DNA of 64,000 nucleotides from an uncultured bacterium (GTDB lineage Bacteria; UBP6; UBA1177; CALOFP01): NCBI GenBank assembly GCA_942492635.1, contig CALOFP010000001.1, positions 799,039 to 863,038 of the forward strand, read 5' to 3'. Shown piece by piece: positions 63,601 to 64,000 of this stretch (position 1 is its first letter; each line of letters starts with the position of its first letter). The notes under the pieces were generated by a model. It saw only the letters and a program-made list of their open reading frames with translations, ran no database searches and was not told where the DNA came from. The position numbers and the translations under genes were made by a program.

Positions 63601-63951
63601 TGCGCCTGCAACGTTGAGCGGGTAAAAACCTGCTCGTCCGTAATATATACCTCCAAGGGCGATAAGAGAATTTGAAGGAATTTTTGTTTTGATATACTTT
63701 AGAAGTTGATAAACTTCCTGGTTTCTTAAGTCATGGTCTTTCTGGCTGTCCCCACCTTTAAAATGAGCAGTTATAACCCAAAGATCCTTTTCTCCGGGAA
63801 TATTAATCCGGGCCCATTCAAAATTTCTGAAGGAGAGAAAAGAATCATTCCATGCACCTTTCTCCTTTATCGGAAATCTACTTACAATTATATTCGGATT
63901 TATTCCTCCACCCAATCGGTAATAACGATAGGAACCTGTTATACGGTCCAA
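60613..63951 (-). CDS. partial (N-terminus beyond window) giant cysteine-rich surface protein with EGF-like modules, repeated W/C-rich ~50-aa domains and C-terminal FN3-like domain; probable upstream part of the IS-disrupted teneurin-like RHS gene
   Basis: The ORF stays open to the window end, and its annotated start is a TTG. It carries the same repeat families as 31204..34173 (TWNGxxWSxPxxCxWxCxxGFHKEN). A C-terminal FN3-like region (ISLVWTGGDPDENNIVYSVYFGDAPDNM) lies just before the stop at the IS200 boundary. Confidence 0.7.
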   Translation of the reverse strand: MDRITGSYRYYRLGGGINPNIIVSRFPIKEKGAWNDSFLSFRNFEWARINIPGEKDLWVITAHFKGGDSQKDHDLRNQEVYQLLKYIKTKIPSNSLIALGGIYYGRAGFYPLNVAGASIFKFGPQHLIKFGTQDQTTSGYTNPGQFLLFSKSLENFAIGETVEKYSYSTGLTLQNTPLMIRDFKPQHMSCSSYQCRSNNNAYECKSENGISFCGCSDGYIEINGNCVVDRCKNAAQIENGQCINDGSSSSVSYDCDPGFVLRYDSGNRPNCVSKCPAGKVWSREECVADPCINVSCSGHGQCISENGQATCKCNDGYFLDANNLECVNPCENNSECGDFPCEVRVTTMNENSTADSWEQPDDICGGECEGFSCSWNGKCVPEKSIFGQLPVCKCNKGYVNSGYMQCVDVCNTINCSVNGFCIKSEEGEPNCSCDDNYEGTLETCHKRCEPGECYYQGSCIKGKCEDVVCRNNSCSSNSRCKVNLLRQPVCECNDGFHKDPNTSKCVSNTKKVSCPNNPPANATLDSKDVEVYWDGTKWSSPRNCSWRCKSGYHTEDYKKCISNTRQEDCKEPDLPEHATLIKSKVTTTWNGIKWSTPEECKWECEDGFHKENGSCVDNSITKTEVCKNEAPEHATSILVDVEVTWNESTGAWNEAATCDWECYEGFEKIEGACVGSETKSVYCNDDLNNFPLNALPIVKKVTVKWNGTEWEKPGLCDWTCKNGFVREADKCVEGVCNTGSIEQIACGHNLNGEKTRSCNKGKWEQWSNCIDRDECRNGNFEIETRYCQPGYMKKRKCVDGKWGSYGNCTKKSCSNISCGNSGKCLVDETTGDPFCSCEKGAVADGFVCIENSCKQKDCPTHSFCKLDIYGNAACECREGFVLDSKGNCVPTSCYPNDPCPSYYPGTVCFYSTELQQISCHCKPGEEIVNPTDGCVKINENHGMTDKGSCIRGYNIDLSLRMCVPNKAPHKAEAIFPRDGAAFVSGTTDKISLVWTGGDPDENNIVYSVYFGDAPDNMKLVEVCTEELLEHPGQAGSYIKLCAKEGANKKFEIEGLLPNKKYFWKIVSEDNPHRVATTSELFEFKIIPDTSAPTWPADATIHADPKSFGAMIE

Positions 63952-64000
63952 TATTTCTCTGGTTTCAGAGCTGTCAATTTTGTTGAAATTCTGCAGAATC

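Overview
This 64 kb window comes from a diderm (Gram-negative-type) bacterium of roughly 40-45% GC that I cannot place taxonomically. The left two-thirds (1-40.5 kb) looks like core chromosome. It carries trxA, queA, a SpoIID/LytB-RlpA(SPOR) cell-wall pair, and a polysaccharide export module (Wzc-like BY-kinase, a short Wza-like OPX protein and an adjacent beta-barrel OMP). It also carries an ExbB-ExbD-ExbD-TonB-like(AgmX/PglI C-domain) cluster followed by three translationally coupled giant TPR proteins. Further along are murI, a sensor lacking a kinase domain next to a REC-HD-GYP regulator, tsaB and rseP. A propeller/Y_Y_Y/AraC regulator sits next to two large cysteine-rich EGF-like/PPC-domain surface lipoproteins, one of which has a long GDSGDN tandem repeat. 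The right third (40.5-64 kb) is an AT-richer accessory region. It holds an ECF sigma/anti-sigma pair with secreted proteins and a complete IS21-family element (istA/istB with multi-copy terminal repeats). Next comes a three-gene secreted module: a trypsin-like S1 peptidase plus two small paralogous 4-Cys secreted proteins. After a very AT-rich degenerate stretch comes a 2178-aa RHS/YD-repeat polymorphic toxin with an L,D-transpeptidase-like (Tlde1-like) C-terminal tip, a downstream membrane immunity candidate and an orphan rhs fragment. An IS200/IS605 element lies immediately upstream of the RHS ORF. It appears to split it from a more than 1100-aa EGF-like/FN3 surface protein. Together these would form a teneurin-like architecture (EGF repeats-FN3-TTR-NHL-YD-Rhs-toxin). 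I recognised no rRNA, tRNA or CRISPR arrays. All functional calls rest on motif recognition by eye; no database searches were possible.
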